A stretch of 62,538 bases of DNA from Mycoplasmatales bacterium (GTDB lineage Bacteria; Bacillota_I; Bacilli_A; Mycoplasmatales; JABAAY01). A program made the position numbers and the translations under genes. The notes under the pieces were generated by a model that was not told where the DNA came from, ran no database searches, and saw nothing but the letters and a program-made list of their open reading frames with translations. Positions 42,902 to 55,708 of the stretch are shown piece by piece. The stretch spans positions 1 to 62,538 of the forward strand of contig JABABL010000004.1 of the NCBI GenBank assembly GCA_014238225.1, read 5' to 3'. The stretch's first letter is position 1, and the number at the start of each line of letters is the position of its first letter.

Positions 42902-44174
42902 CAATCAAAAATCCGATCATTTCTTCTATTTTTTCGAAGGCAAACTCAGTTTCTTTTTTTGTTTCTAAGTTTTTAACTTTTATAGACTGATTTTCTAAAT
43001 CCTTGTTACCTAGAAAAACAATATTAACTGCCTTTTGTCTTTCTGCATTTTTGTATCCTGCTTTTATGTCTATTTCTGTGTCACTCATAGCAACTCTTAT
43101 TCCGTTTTGTCTAAGAATGGTAGATAGTAAAGTTCCCAAAACATAACTCCCAGAATTTAATAACCCAATGTATAAAAATAGTTTGTTACCGTAATTATCT
43201 TTAGGAAAAGAGTCTTCAATGTGCATTTGTCACAATAGTCTCTCAATACCAATGGAAAAACCTATACCCTCAACTCCTTTGGGACCTCCTATTTCTTCCA
43301 CTAAATGATTGTATCTACCTCCACCCAATAAACTATTGCTTTCATTCTCTTCTCTTGTGCTCACAACTTCAAATATAAAATCATTATAGTAATCTAATCC
43401 CCTCACTAAACGGCTATCCTCTGTGTATTTAATTTGCAAATTATCTAAAAGTAGTTTTATTTCTGCCATTCTAGTCGTCTCTTGTTCCGATAAAAAAGAA
43501 GATATGTTTTTCATATTTCGCAACACGATATTATTTGTGTCTATTTTACAATCCAAAATTTTTAAAGGTGACTTAAGAATGCGATTTTTACAATCTATAC
43601 AGAATGTTTTGATTTGGGAACCAACAAAATCAAGTATGTATTCACAATACTTTTTCTTTGTTTCCTTGCCTCCTATAAAATTAATTTTAAATATTCATTC
43701 CTTAAGCCTTAGCGAAATCAAAAAAGTATTTATCATGCTAATAATTTCAATATCGTTAGCTACATTGTTTTTGTCAAAAATTTCAGCGCCACATTGTCAG
43801 AATTCTCTGTTTCTTCCTTTTTGTGGCCGATCGTATCTAAACATATTTTCTCAATAGGCAATTTTTACCGGTAACTTATGGTCTTCTAGTAATTTATTTT
43901 CAACTACTGAGCGAACTATCCCGGCGGTGGCTTCCGGCCTTAAAGCGAATGTTCTTCCTTTTTTGTCTTGAAAAACAAACATTTCTTTGGAAACAATATC
44001 ACTGTTTTCTCCAATTGTTCTGTTAAATAACTCGGCCATTTCAAAAGTAGGAGTGTTTATTTTGTCAAAACAAAATAAATTGCTGATCTTATCAAAAATA
44101 TAATGAACATTTTGCCAAACAGAAAAAGCAGAAGGTAGTATTTCACTAGTGCCACGTGGTTTTTGGTACTTCAT
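42888..44174 (-). CDS. hisS: Histidine--tRNA ligase
   Basis: KPRGT, LRPEATA, RYDRPQKGR, LVRGLDYY, GGGRY. Confidence 0.96.
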
Positions 44175-44193
44175 TATTTAGGATTTTAACATT

Positions 44194-46371
44194 TTAGGAG
44201 TTGTTTCTTTCTACGGAAATCAACTTTGAATATCTTCTTAAGTTTCTCATGATGGTGTTCAAATGTTCTAAATCCTTTACATTAACTTTTAAATTAAATA
44301 TTGCTTGACTTAACTTGAAAATAGGCTTTGATTTCATTTCTGAAATAGTTGCCTTAGCAAAAGATATATTGTTTGTTATTTCCAAGTAGTTATTGCTTTC
44401 TTGCTTAACAACGACCTTTATACTGCTAACATATTCATTATTAATTGTTTTTTCTGTATTCCAAGTTGCTTCCATTCACGATTCAGAATTATTTTCTCGT
44501 GCAATAATTTTTTTAAAATTGGTACATACGTTTCTATGTATTTTAAAGGAATGTTGTTTTGAAATAAGGCCAACTATTAGTTCTCCAGGAATTGGATAAC
44601 AACACTTTGCTATGTCAATTTTCATGTCCTCTCCGCCTTTAACTATAATGTCGTTTTTAAGTTTTGACTTTTTAGAAGCTGTAAAAACAATTTTCTTTTT
44701 GGGTTCACTTTTTAATATTTTGTTAACAAAATAGGTCATTTTAATTGTTCTATTACCCACTTCTTTTAAAAAATGTTCTGTGCTTAAGTATTCTTCTTGC
44801 TTAAGAATCTTTAAAAATTGTTCCTTGTTGGAATATAATGCAGCTAAGTTCTCATTTGCCGCACAAAATTTATCAAATATAGTCTTTCCTTTGTTAATTA
44901 ACGTCTTGTTTGTGTCTTCTTGCTCGGTTCTTAAGTATTTATTGATTACTTTCTGTGCTAAACTAGTTGAAACTTTTGAGAGTCACTCTCTTTTAGGAAA
45001 AGAGTTTTGATTAGTTTTAATCTCCACAACATCCCCGTTATTAATTTGTTTTTCTAATGGAACAAGCTTGTTGTTTATAAATCCACCTGACGCGTGCATT
45101 CCCACTTCTGTATGAACCTTGAATGCGAAATCTAACACAGTGGAACCTCTTTTAAGTGAGAGAACATCCCCATTTGGAGAGAGGGCAAAAATCTGTGATT
45201 CAAAAACTTCGTTATGCATTTCTTTTATATATTCGTCATCCTGCTGAAGCTTAGAGTGACTCTTTTCAAATTCGCTTAACTGCTGAAAAAATCATAGCTT
45301 GTTCTCAATTTGCTTTTGTTCATCCTTAGGATTGTAATTTGTATTTTCCTTATATTGTCAGTGCGAAGCAATTCCTGTTGAAGCAACTTGATTCATTTCC
45401 TCAGTTCTAATTTGTATTTCAACAATTTCCTTATCGATAATTATTGCTGTGTGGAGGGATTGATAAAGATTTCTTTTGGGACGAGAAATGTAATCTTTGA
45501 ATAATTCAATTACGTAGACAAAATTATTTTGAACTAATCCAAAAATTCTATAACAATTGTCTTCTGTATTGGTGACAATTCTCAAGGCTAAAATGTCATG
45601 AATTTCAGAAAATTTTTTATTCTTGTCATTCATCTTTTTGTAAATAGAGTAGATTGATTTTACTCTAGCACTAATGTTAGATTTGATGCTTTTGGAGGAA
45701 ATAACTTCTTTTAGTTGGGCTTCTAATTTTTCTAATGTGTCGTTAACATCAGACACAAAAAATTTTGTCTTTTTTTCTACTTCGTAGTATTTTTTTGGTT
45801 CTAAAGTTTTAAAACATAAATCACTGAATTCACTGCTAACGTCGTGCATACCAACAAGATATGCGATATTTCGGTAAATGTAAAATGTCTCTGTTGCAAT
45901 TCTTTTTTGTTTTGCAGGAGGGAGATATTGTATAGTTCTCATATTGTGTAACCTGTCGGCCAATTTAATCAGTATTACTCTGATGTTGCTTGCCATACTA
46001 ATAATGAGGCGCCTTACATTCAAATAGTCAATATCTGTAGTTCTGTAGCCGGCATTTTTGATCTTAGTCATTTTTTCAACTAAAAAACAAATATCTTCGT
46101 TAAACTCTTTTGTAATGTCTTCGCTCGATACATCTTGATCTTCTACAACATCATGCAGCAGTCCCGCACATATCGTGTTAGGAGAGACACGTCATTTGCT
46201 CAGTTGTAATCCAACAGATCACACATGCACAAAATATTCTTCTCCGCTGGCTCTTTTTTGATTTTTATGTTTGTTGCGAGCATAATTAAAGGCTTTTTTT
46301 ATTAGTTTTATGGAGTTTTCTTTGTGAATGTACTTAGAACATTCGGTGTGCAGTATTTCATAATAGTCCAT
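44194..46371 (-). CDS. relA: Bifunctional (p)ppGpp synthetase/hydrolase (RelA/SpoT homolog)
   Basis: QKRASGEEY, LHDVVED, KLADRLHNMRT, YQSLHT, EIQIRT, TGS domain, AKCCYPIPG, ACT domain; possible GTG start at 46392. Confidence 0.95.
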
Positions 46372-46409
46372 GTTGTTGTTATTTTGTAGCACTGGGCACT
46401 ATTAATTTA

Positions 46410-46934
46410 TTAAAGATCTAACAAGTAATGAATCGGAAAGTGAATTTTTGATCTTAATTTCTTTAGTTCTTCCAACTGACCTAAAAATACAGCTGCCACA
46501 ACCTTAGAATTTTCTTTTTCCACTAATTTTCCAGTGTTAACTATGGTTCCTCCTGTTGCAAGAATATCATCAACGATTAAAATTCGTGAATTGGGTTTTA
46601 TATCGTTTTTGTGAATGCATAATTCCGTTTCAGAATACTCTGTTGATACTTTTTCGCAGATATTGGGGCGAGGAAGTTTTCCAGGTTTTCGCACAGGAAC
46701 AAAGGGTATCCCCAACATTAGTGCAAGTGGGCATCCGAATATAAACCCTCTGGACTCAGGACCAACTATTACATCAGGATTATAATTTTTTACCAATTGT
46801 GCCATTTCAACAACAGAATATTGAAATGCTTTTGGTGCTGCTAACAATGGACAAATGTCTTTAAATAAGATTCCTGGTTTAGGAAAATTTTTCACTTCTG
46901 CTATATACAGATTCAAATCTATTTTGCTATTCAT
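46410..46934 (-). CDS. apt: Adenine phosphoribosyltransferase
   Basis: FPKPGILFKDI, PESRGF, RKPGKLP, VDDILATGGT. Confidence 0.97.
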   Translation of the reverse strand: MNSKIDLNLYIAEVKNFPKPGILFKDICPLLAAPKAFQYSVVEMAQLVKNYNPDVIVGPESRGFIFGCPLALMLGIPFVPVRKPGKLPRPNICEKVSTEYSETELCIHKNDIKPNSRILIVDDILATGGTIVNTGKLVEKENSKVVAAVFLGQLEELKKLRSKIHFPIHYLLDL

Positions 46935-46983
46935 ACATTTGTAATTTTACACTTATTTAAAGGTAGTGCTGTTTTTTTCAAGG

Positions 46984-49821
46984 TTATGAATTAATTCCCT
47001 TGAAAGTGTGCTCATCAATTTTTCGTCCTTTTTGTTCTACATTTTTGTTTATTTGTTTTGTTTTGTATAATCAGTATGCTTCAAAACTTATAAGTAGTGG
47101 CATGCTTCAAATTACAGGCAATAATACTCCGATAAACAATGCAATGATTAATGGTCCGGCAATCGAAGCTGTTATAATTGCCAGTGGTATTAAAACACTA
47201 ATCATAATAATTATCATAGATACCGAGAATATAATCAATCAACCTAAATTATCCTTATAAGTTTCATTAACAAGTTGTTTAATGGTTTGCTTAGTAAGCA
47301 CTTCATTTTTCTTCTTCAATAATTTAATTTTTTCGTTAAACGTGGAATACAGAGAAAATTGTGTTATTAGAAGAAATAATGCTACCATCATAAACCCAAC
47401 AACAACAAGTAAAAGTAAAGGGATTTGGAAAATCAACAATAAGCTTATTATTAAACCGAATGAACCTATTAATGAAAGAGTTATCACTAATAATTGAGAT
47501 TTCCTGTATCTAATAATTACAAATAATGCTAAAAATCCAAAGAATATTCCAAAAGCTCTGGCTAATTCAATAGCGGCCATTGAGCCTGTTCCCGGCAAAA
47601 TAACAGTCGCATTTGATACCATGATATCGCCTGGAGGAATACTAAATCTGCCAGCATTGTTGGCTATGGTGCTTCTTATTGTTCCTTCAATATTTCGATC
47701 AGTAGATAAAATGTCAGGAATATTTGTAGTAAAAATTAGTGCATCCCTTTTTAAACCAAAAATATCACCAGAATTTGCTAAAGTGTCTTCTAAAAAGAAT
47801 GTTCCTACTTCAACGCCAGTTACTCGATACACAGTGTTATTAGTAAGAACTTCATTAACTATATCTATAGCTGTTCTTCCATCGGATTGAATTCGGCCAG
47901 ACTCATTATCATTTATTGGTGCCTGCACAAATGAACTGCTTTGTTCGTTATCATAAATAACTATTTGTGCCCCTGGCTGAAAATCTGATTGAGTGTTAAC
48001 ACCAGCCGTAAGGGAAACGATTAATGCAATGATGGCGGCAACGGGAACAATAAATACATATCACATATTCTTGATTTTTATTGCTCATTTCTGTCTTACA
48101 ACTTTATGTTCCTTGTTTTTGTTCGTGCCTTTTTTTTGAAATTTATTTTTGAATCATTTCGTGTAACTAAAACTTCAATATTTTGCTGTTTTATTCATAA
48201 GAGAATTCACTGATAAAGGAAGCAGCAAAAAGGGCAAAAGAATAAATTGGACACCAAAGGAAGCTATTGTACCTGCAAAGATAACAACTGTAAATTCTCT
48301 AACTGGAGTTGTTCCTGAAAGTGTTGTTAAAAATAAAACAACTGAAAAAATGAAGAGAATAACGTGTAAATCAAATGCTTTTCAAATATTAAACTTTAAG
48401 GCGTTTTCCAATGATTTCCTGAAATCCTTGGTAAGGAGATATTCTTTTTTTACTCCTTCAAAAAATATAAATAACCGAGAAAAAACAAAAAGTAACATAA
48501 AAATAAACGCAAATATGCCCACAAAACTATATTGATTGGTGTCAGTGATACCACCGCTAGAAATGAAAACGTTAGAAATTAAAAATGATGCCATGCTAAA
48601 GGATGCGAGTAAAACTGTGCCGATTAAACCTAGTAATGCATATCTGAAAAGAAGTATCAAAACAAGAATAGAAAGAACGATAACTCCACCAATAATGAAA
48701 CCATTCCCGCTTCCCACTGTGAAGATTGCTGGTGTGTTTACCATGCTAACAAGCGAAACCCTATCGCTTAAACTGGAAGCATTTAGAACAGCAAGCGTCT
48801 GTAACAAAGTTTGTTGTGACGCAGTGTTAGTAACCATTCTAATTGAAGTGCTTGGTTCTCCTTCTGATGGGGCTTGAAATCTTCCAATGGATAATAGAAC
48901 GGGTTGATTCGTTTCTCCTGCCCTCAGAGAATTCCCCAAGACACCTATATTACTTAATTCTCCTTCGCCATTAAAATCTTGATCACTTACAGTAACAGTT
49001 GGAATTCCTGAACCGCTTATTGCACGTGCTCTAAAAAGGTTGTCAGGAGTGGCTGATGAAGAATCAGCAGCAGCCACACGCGCAAAATAAAGGGCGATAT
49101 CTCCATTACCCGTATTAGCGGCAGCGAGTTCAATCATAGAATTTCACGCATCGGCATTAGACACATTAAAATTAATTGTGGATCTGTCCGGTTGGTCATC
49201 ACCTGACGCAGGTGTGTCAACGCTTCCAGAAAAACTGTTAGCTGTGATAATGTTAGCACCGTAATAAGAGCTGTCAGCACTTGCGGAAAGTGTATTGTTA
49301 TCAGTAAACAATGACCCTTGACCGTTCCCAAAACCAAGTAAACTGTGTTGAAATAGACTACTGAAAGATTCGTTGTTGTTTGCTGAATTTGAAAGAGAAT
49401 TAATTTCTTGTGTAGTTACATCACCGATAGTAAAAGAAATGGTGTTGTCATTGGCTTGAACAGAAGTTGGATCTATTCGAGCGTCAGGGATTGCATCAGG
49501 TTCCATTGCTTGTAAGTAACTTAAATAATTTCCTGTTATGTTGATTGCTGTTTGCTGATCAAGAGCATAATTTATTTCTTGATTATCATTAGCGTCCTCG
49601 GGAAGCTCTACACGTAAAGATACGTTAACGCCACTACTTAAATTGTAATTTACTCTAGCAGAAGTATCGTTAACTCTTGTTGCACCAACAACAATAGCTG
49701 AAATACCAAGAGCTGCACCAGCAGAAAACATCAAACTTTTTCAATAAAGAGGTCATCGGTTAAATTTAATTTTTTTAGTTGCTTCAACAACTTTTTTGTA
49801 CCACGGTTTATAGTGTTTCAT
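46984..49821 (-). CDS. secDF: Divergent fused SecDF-like membrane protein
   Basis: 945-aa code-4 ORF with TM + large loop + 5 TM, twice; GVNTQSDFQPG resembles SecF GIDFTGG; Bacillus position between comN and apt. Confidence 0.8.
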
Positions 49822-50075
49822 TATAGTAACTCTTGAAAATCCGAGTAGTCAACTTTCCTATCCGTTATTGTTTCCACGTGTAAATAGTTTTCAACCATGA
49901 ATATGTCAATGGTCATTGCTAAAAAAATTTGTTGTTCTTCTGTTTTTGTAAAGGAATTATTTAGTTTTATTTTTACAAAGTAATTTTTTAAATCACTAAA
50001 GTTTATCTTGTGTCCTTTCAGAACAAAATTTAAAAAAGTGGACTCCAATACTCTAGAAACTTCATTTTTTAACAT
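49821..50075 (-). CDS. ComN-like (post-transcriptional regulator family) small protein
   Basis: Directly upstream of secDF as in Bacillus; F.LKG..I...DL.NY pattern; TATAAT 6 nt upstream. Confidence 0.5.
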   Translation of the reverse strand: MLKNEVSRVLESTFLNFVLKGHKINFSDLKNYFVKIKLNNSFTKTEEQQIFLAMTIDIFMVENYLHVETITDRKVDYSDFQELL

Positions 50076-50132
50076 ATGAATATTATAATTAATTTAATAG
50101 ACAACACATTTAACACACACTATTAAATAATT

Positions 50133-51065
50133 TTAGTTTAATGAGTAGTCATCAAGATATTTTAATGCCTTGATTGTTATTATTCTTCCCCTTTTGGATA
50201 AAATAACTAATTTTTTTTTCAGTAAAAATGGTTCAATAATTTCCTCGATATGGCTTCTTTCATAATTGAGAATTGTAGATAAACTCTGTATACCGATTCC
50301 TTCAGATTGTCGGTAACTTTTTAAAACTTTTAAATAGTTGATGTCTTCTTCGCATAATCCATATTTATAAATACAAGCCTTCTCAAGAAACTTTTTTAAT
50401 TCTTGTTTTCCAACTTTTTCAATATCATAGTAATTAGCAAACTCCATCATTTTCTCTAAGGTGTTTATAGCAATTCTTGGATTATTTTTGCTTACCGTAG
50501 CTAAAATATCAATGGCTTTTTTTGTAAAACTACACTTAAGAACATTAATTTTGTCTATCAAAATATCGCGAATTTCACCATCTCTGTAATTGTCAAAATA
50601 TATTTTAAGAGAAAACCTGGAAACTAAGGGCTTAGACATTTGCGCAATCTTAGTTGTTGCTGCCACCATAGAAAAAGACGGTAATTCTAAATTTATTATT
50701 TTGCTATTGGAGCCTTGCCCAAGAAATAAACTATACATTTTTTCGTCCATAGCTGAGTATAAAAGTTCTTCAATATTTGGATTAATTGCATGTATTTCAT
50801 CAATAAAAATAATTGAGTTTTCTTTTATATTCATTAAAATCGAATTAATATCATCTACTCGTTGTAAATTATTACCTTGCAATCTTATTAGTGGCCGCTC
50901 AAGATTTTTAGCGATTAATCTAATTAAAAAAGTTTTGCCTGTGCCTGGTGGTCCACTAATTAATGTATGTTTCAGAGGTAGAGAGTTTTTTAGACAATTC
51001 GTAACCAGCACTTTTAATAAAAAAATATTACGTTGTTGACCAACAAAATCATCAAAATTATTCAC
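50133..51065 (-). CDS. ruvB: Holliday junction helicase RuvB
   Basis: FDDFVGQ, GPPGTGKT, FIDEIH, EELLYSAM, AATT, IEPFL...RGR. Confidence 0.95.
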   Translation of the reverse strand: MNNFDDFVGQQRNIFLLKVLVTNCLKNSLPLKHTLISGPPGTGKTFLIRLIAKNLERPLIRLQGNNLQRVDDINSILMNIKENSIIFIDEIHAINPNIEELLYSAMDEKMYSLFLGQGSNSKIINLELPSFSMVAATTKIAQMSKPLVSRFSLKIYFDNYRDGEIRDILIDKINVLKCSFTKKAIDILATVSKNNPRIAINTLEKMMEFANYYDIEKVGKQELKKFLEKACIYKYGLCEEDINYLKVLKSYRQSEGIGIQSLSTILNYERSHIEEIIEPFLLKKKLVILSKRGRIITIKALKYLDDYSLN

Positions 51066-51600
51066 TATTACTTCGGATAATCTCCTGAATAATTTCTTTT
51101 AAAGGAGAGGTGTAGTCAATTTGTTGTAAAATATCCTCTCTCTCCAGTTCTTCAAATCCAAGTTTAATCAATGCTTCTATCACTAATTTTCTCTTTTTGC
51201 TACGGGGACTTTCTTGTTTACCGAGTTGTCCTAGTATTAGACGTTTGAGTTTTTCATTGACTTTTTTTAATGATCATATCTGTGAAACTATTCTTTCGTC
51301 AGTTATGGTGTCTAAATTAGCAAAGATCATTTGTTTGATAACAGACATAGCTTTTTTAGGACCAATACCGCTAATTTTTAAAAGAATCTCGAAAAAGAAT
51401 AGTTCTATTTCTTTCATAAATGCATATCTTACAATTTCTTTTTCGTTTATTATTATCTCCTTGAAGTACAACATTGTGGACTCCTCTTTTGAAATTGTTT
51501 GTTTACTAAAAGATGCTAATGCACGATAACCGATGCCGCTGTGTTCAAAGACAACATATTCTTCACTAAAATATTTAATGTGACATTTTGCGTAATACAC
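51058..51600 (-). CDS. ruvA: Holliday junction DNA-binding protein RuvA
   Basis: GIGYR, FEILLKISGIGPKKA, EALIKLGF; upstream of ruvB. Confidence 0.85.
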
Positions 51601-51614
51601 ACTGAATATAGGAA

Positions 51615-52343
51615 TTAATTACTGGGATAATTTGTATAAATTTCTTCAATGTCTTCATTATCATCTAATAAAGACCTTAGTCTTTCAATTTTATTTGCGG
51701 AATTAGTGTTTTCTGAGACAAATGTATTGGGCACAAAAATAATTTCTGAATCTGTTAGAGTTCCTATTTCTATATTTTCTAAAGATCTGCTGCATTCATT
51801 ATGATGCTCTGGTAGTGTCAATATTTGTATGGAGTCCTCACTTACGGTTAATTCATCAATTTGTAAATCAATGATTTTTTCAAATACAGCGTTTTCATCT
51901 AACTCCAAATTGTTTTCAAAGTTAAATAATCCTTTACGGTGAAAAAGACGTACAACAGAACCACTGGGTGATAGATTACCATTAACTTTGCTTATTGCTG
52001 TTTTTACAACAGGAGTGGTTCTATTTTTATTGTCTGTTATGCTTTCAATAATAACGGCAACTCCTCCTGGCAAATATGCTTCGTACAGTATTTCCTCAAA
52101 ATGAACCTGTTCCTTTTTAGAGGATGCTGTTTTGATCAAAGCATCAATTCGACTTTTTGGCATATTTAATGATTTAGCCTTAGAAAGAATATTTCTAAGG
52201 CCGCTATTATAATCAACATTGACTCCACCATTTTTAATAGAAATCAAAATTTCCTTACTTAGTTTTTGAAATATTTTTGATCTTTTTACATCTTGAGCCT
52301 GTTTGCGATGTTTTATGTTTGATCACTTTGAATGTCCTGACAC
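51615..52343 (-). CDS. YebC/PmpR family protein
   Basis: (M)SGHSKWSNIKHRK, YEAYLPGG, TDNKNRT, DDNEDIEEIYTN. Confidence 0.95.
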
Positions 52344-52399
52344 ATTAGTATTTTATAACAGAATTGTATAATTTCCAATTAATACTTTACAATTATTAC

Positions 52400-52801
52400 A
52401 TGCCTCTCTCAAGCGACTTTTTAGGAGAAATAAATTCCTACAAAACAAAAACATTATTTTTAAATGGAGAAGCTACAAAGTTTAAAACTGTAATTTTCAA
52501 GAACTTTAAGGAATTTAGACTTTTTCTTTCTAAGAATTTCTCACTTTCTCCTTTTGTTTGTTATTTGTTACGAAACACCAAAGGTTTCGCATCATTTTTT
52601 ACAGAACTGAGCTTTGATGTGGTCATCTGTAATTACAACGGGTTGATTATTTCTATACAAGAGGAAGTTAAACCAAAAAGTTTCACTAAGCCCGTAAAGA
52701 ACGCTTACTTACTATATTTGTTTCCAGTAGGCTCAGTGAAATATTTGGACTTAATTTTAGCGGAAATAATTACACCTTATTCGGTCATTCTGGAAAGATA
52801 A
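52400..52801 (+). CDS. Hypothetical protein, DUF192-like
   Basis: GFASFFTELSFDVVIC...G.I resembles the DUF192 core; TACAAT 6 nt upstream of ATG 52400. Confidence 0.55.
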   Translation: MPLSSDFLGEINSYKTKTLFLNGEATKFKTVIFKNFKEFRLFLSKNFSLSPFVCYLLRNTKGFASFFTELSFDVVICNYNGLIISIQEEVKPKSFTKPVKNAYLLYLFPVGSVKYLDLILAEIITPYSVILER

Positions 52802-53510
52802 CTTGTCTTTTATGTTCCGATAGTACATTCATTTTTTCCATCAAATAACTTTTTTTGTCAGACACACGGGCTTTGTCTTTAAAAAAATTCTCAAATTCAG
52901 CATAACTAAATCCCATTTCTTTTTCATCTGTTTGACTTTGTCATAAACCAGCTGATGGTGCTCTTTCAACAACAGAAGAAGGAACGGTTAAATGATTGGC
53001 CATATCATAAACTTGACTTTTAAAAAGTCTTATTAGTGGATATATATCTGCACTACCATCCCCAAATTTTGTAAAGTAACCAAGATAATACTCACTAAAA
53101 TTACTTGTTCCCAAAACTAGATAGTTTTTGATATTTGCAGTTGTAAATAAAAATGAATTTCTAATTCTCGCCTTTAAATTGCCCTGTTGTATGCGCGTAA
53201 GAATTGTGTTCTCTTTCTTAATTGAGAGCATGAAGGAATCAAAAATATTTTTTAAATCAATCTCCTCTATAAGAAGATTTTGATTAACTAAGTCATCAAC
53301 ACATTTGTAGTCTGAAGCACAACTTTCAATTGGGAGAAAAAATGCAGAATAACTATTTGGAAATGCTTTTTTTGCTAATTTCAGAACAACAGAACTGTCC
53401 ACGCCTCCACTAACACCAATAACCACTCCTTGAGCAGAAGCCTTGATTACTTCTCTTTTAATATAAGCAAGTAAATGTGCTTCGTATTTCTTACTATTAA
53501 ACAAGATCAT
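52770..53510 (-). CDS. nadE: NH3-dependent NAD+ synthetase
   Basis: GVSGGVDS, GNLKARIR, GYFTKFGDG, PSAGLW..QTDE. Confidence 0.95.
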
Positions 53511-54759
53511 AAGCTATGGAGCCGATAATGATTGTGTCATCAGTTTTTCCACCCCTTTTTAAAACTTCATCTTCAATATCTAATTTGGTGATTATAGATA
53601 AAAACCTCTGTTCGTTTTGTTCCGAAATAAGCGGGATTTTTTTTACTCAATACTCAATAGTTTTTCCTTCGATAATTCAAACTTTTTCTGAATGGTGTGT
53701 TATTTTGATATCTATTAGTTCATTTGACGGTAATTCGATTGTTTGAACAATCTTTTCTCTTACAATCTTATTATCCGAATTTTGAATTACATTTTCCAAT
53801 TCTTTCAAAAAAACATCATGATTTTTCATGGTTTTTGAAGAAAGATACATAGTTTTAATTTTTGTTTTGTGAAAAATTTTATTATCAAGTGTTTTGTTAG
53901 TGGTTAAGTCTTCCTTATTCAAAACTATTAGTTTTATTTTTTTAATTAAGTTTTCATTAAAGTGTTTTAATTCTGCAATAAGAATTTTGTATTCCTTTAA
54001 AAGAGATGTCATTGTGGAGTTTTCCGATAATCCCATAACCAAAACTAATGATTTAGATTTTTCGATATGTTTAAGGAAATCTATTCCCAACCCCTTTCCT
54101 TCATGTGCGCCTTGAATTATTCCTGGCATATCCCCTATAACGATTTTCTTTGAGCTTTTGTTAATCATTCCTAAATTAGGTGATAAAGTTGTGAAATTAT
54201 AATTGGCAGCTTTTGCTTGTGAATTTGTTATTTTCTGTAGAATAGAAGTTTTCCCAACATTAGGAAAACCAAACAATCCTATATCTGAAATTGTTTTTAA
54301 ATTTAAAATTACTTTTACAGTTTCGCCAGTGTCTCCGTTTTCGCAAAGTTTAGGAACAGGGTTTTTGCTTGTTGCAAAACTTTTATTACCTCTTCCGCCT
54401 TTCCCGCCTCTCGCGATAATAAATTCCTCATCTTCATCTAATAATTCACGAATAAGTTGATTGTTTTTATAAATAGTAGTTCCAACTGGAACATGAATAA
54501 TTTTATCTTGCGCATTTTTGCCATGTTTAGAATTAGCACCACCTATAAGCCCGTTATTCCCGTATATTTTTCTCTTGTTTTTTACGTCAAATAAATTATT
54601 AACATTATGGTTTGTTTTAAGTATTATATCCCCGCCGTCGCCACCGTTGCCACCACTAGGTCCGCCTTTCGGCATATACAATTCTCTATGAAAGTCGATA
54701 ATACCATTGCCACCATCTCCGGCTTTAAATGTAATGTGCGCTTTATCAATGAATTTCAA
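53497..54759 (-). CDS. obg: GTPase Obg
   Basis: FIDKA...AGDGGNG, GGPSGGNGG, GFPNVGKT, YNFTT, DMPG, NKED. Confidence 0.96.
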
Positions 54760-54761
54760 AG

Positions 54762-55058
54762 TTATTTTTTAGGAGGCAAAATACTAGCTATTTTACGATT
54801 ATTGCCTTTAGAAAATTGAACAATTCCGCTAATTTTAGCAAACAAAGTATTGTCTCCACCCATCCCAACATTCATACCAGGATGAATCTTGGTACCTCTT
54901 TGACGATATACTATGCTACCGGCGGGGACCATTTGGCCATCAGAACATTTTGCTCCTAGTCGCTTGGATTGAGAGTCTCTGCCGTTACGAGAAGAACCAA
55001 CACCTTTTTTACTGGCAAAGAATTGAATGTCTATTTGTAATCAGTTTTTATTTCTCAT
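54762..55058 (-). CDS. rpmA: 50S ribosomal protein L27 with N-terminal pro-extension
   Basis: [29 protein letters not shown]...RQRGT. Confidence 0.97.
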
Positions 55059-55347
55059 GTCAATTAATGTTATTCGTAAAACTATTATAAAGAGTTTTTA
55101 GCTGACAATACACAAAATGTAAAAAATTTTCGCTTTTGCTTAAGTTTATAAATTCTATAAAATTGTCCTCTTTTTTGGTTTGAATGTTCGGATTACGGAC
55201 TTCGATGAAATAGTTTATCGAACCAAAACAAATAGCACTAACGCCCGCGCAAATTAAATCTTTGGATTTTGTAGCACTTCCTGAATGGCCTGAAATAGAT
55301 ATACTTTTTACTATATTATTAGAAGTTCTAACTTCTACATTAATCAA
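55048..55347 (-). CDS. prp: Ribosomal-processing cysteine protease Prp
   Basis: SGHS...DLICAGVS; lies between rplU and rpmA. Confidence 0.9.
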
Positions 55348-55348
55348 T

Positions 55349-55648
55349 TTATTTAGAAACTTCCGTTATTTTAACTCTCGTGTGAAGCTGCTTATGACCT
55401 TGTTTTTTATGATAATTTTTTTTTGGTTTATATTTAAAAACAATGATTTTTTTGTCTTTGCCTTGTTTTTCAACGATTCCTTTAACCTTCGCTTTTTTTA
55501 CATAAGGTCTGCCGAAAATACCATCAACATATACCACATTCTCAAAAACAACTTCATCACCTGGTTTGCTTTCCAATTTTTCAAAATAAATAATTTTTTC
55601 AGGTTCTACTCAGTACTGTTTTCCACAAAGTTCAATTATTGCTTTCAT
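55349..55648 (-). CDS. rplU: 50S ribosomal protein L21
   Basis: MKAIIELCGKQYWV...G.PYV...KKIIVFKYKPKKNY.KKQGH. Confidence 0.96.
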
Positions 55649-55675
55649 AATAATTAATGATACATTAAATTAGTC

Positions 55676-55707
55676 TCTTTATCTAAACAAAATAACAAAG
55701 ATAAAGA
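55676..55707 (-). terminator. Weak inverted repeat immediately after the GG-leader peptide gene
   Basis: TCTTTATCT (55676-84) / AGATAAAGA (55699-707): 9-bp stem, 14-nt loop, AT-rich. Confidence 0.25.
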
Positions 55708-55708
55708 A

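Noticed and set aside
47282-48877. + strand ORFs opposite secDF, and similar antisense ORFs elsewhere (e.g. 22808-23137, 35974-36453, 43423-43857, 50590-51039, 55746-55928)
   Set aside because: They overlap well-supported genes on the other strand and have no motifs.
48700-49700. Locally less A/T-run-rich, higher-GC tracts (also 1-1400 and 31180-32070) suggesting horizontal transfer
   Set aside because: Explained by the amino-acid composition of Lys-free extracellular domains within otherwise ordinary genes.
54762-55347. N-terminally extended L27
   Set aside because: Known Prp-processed L27 system of Firmicutes and Tenericutes.
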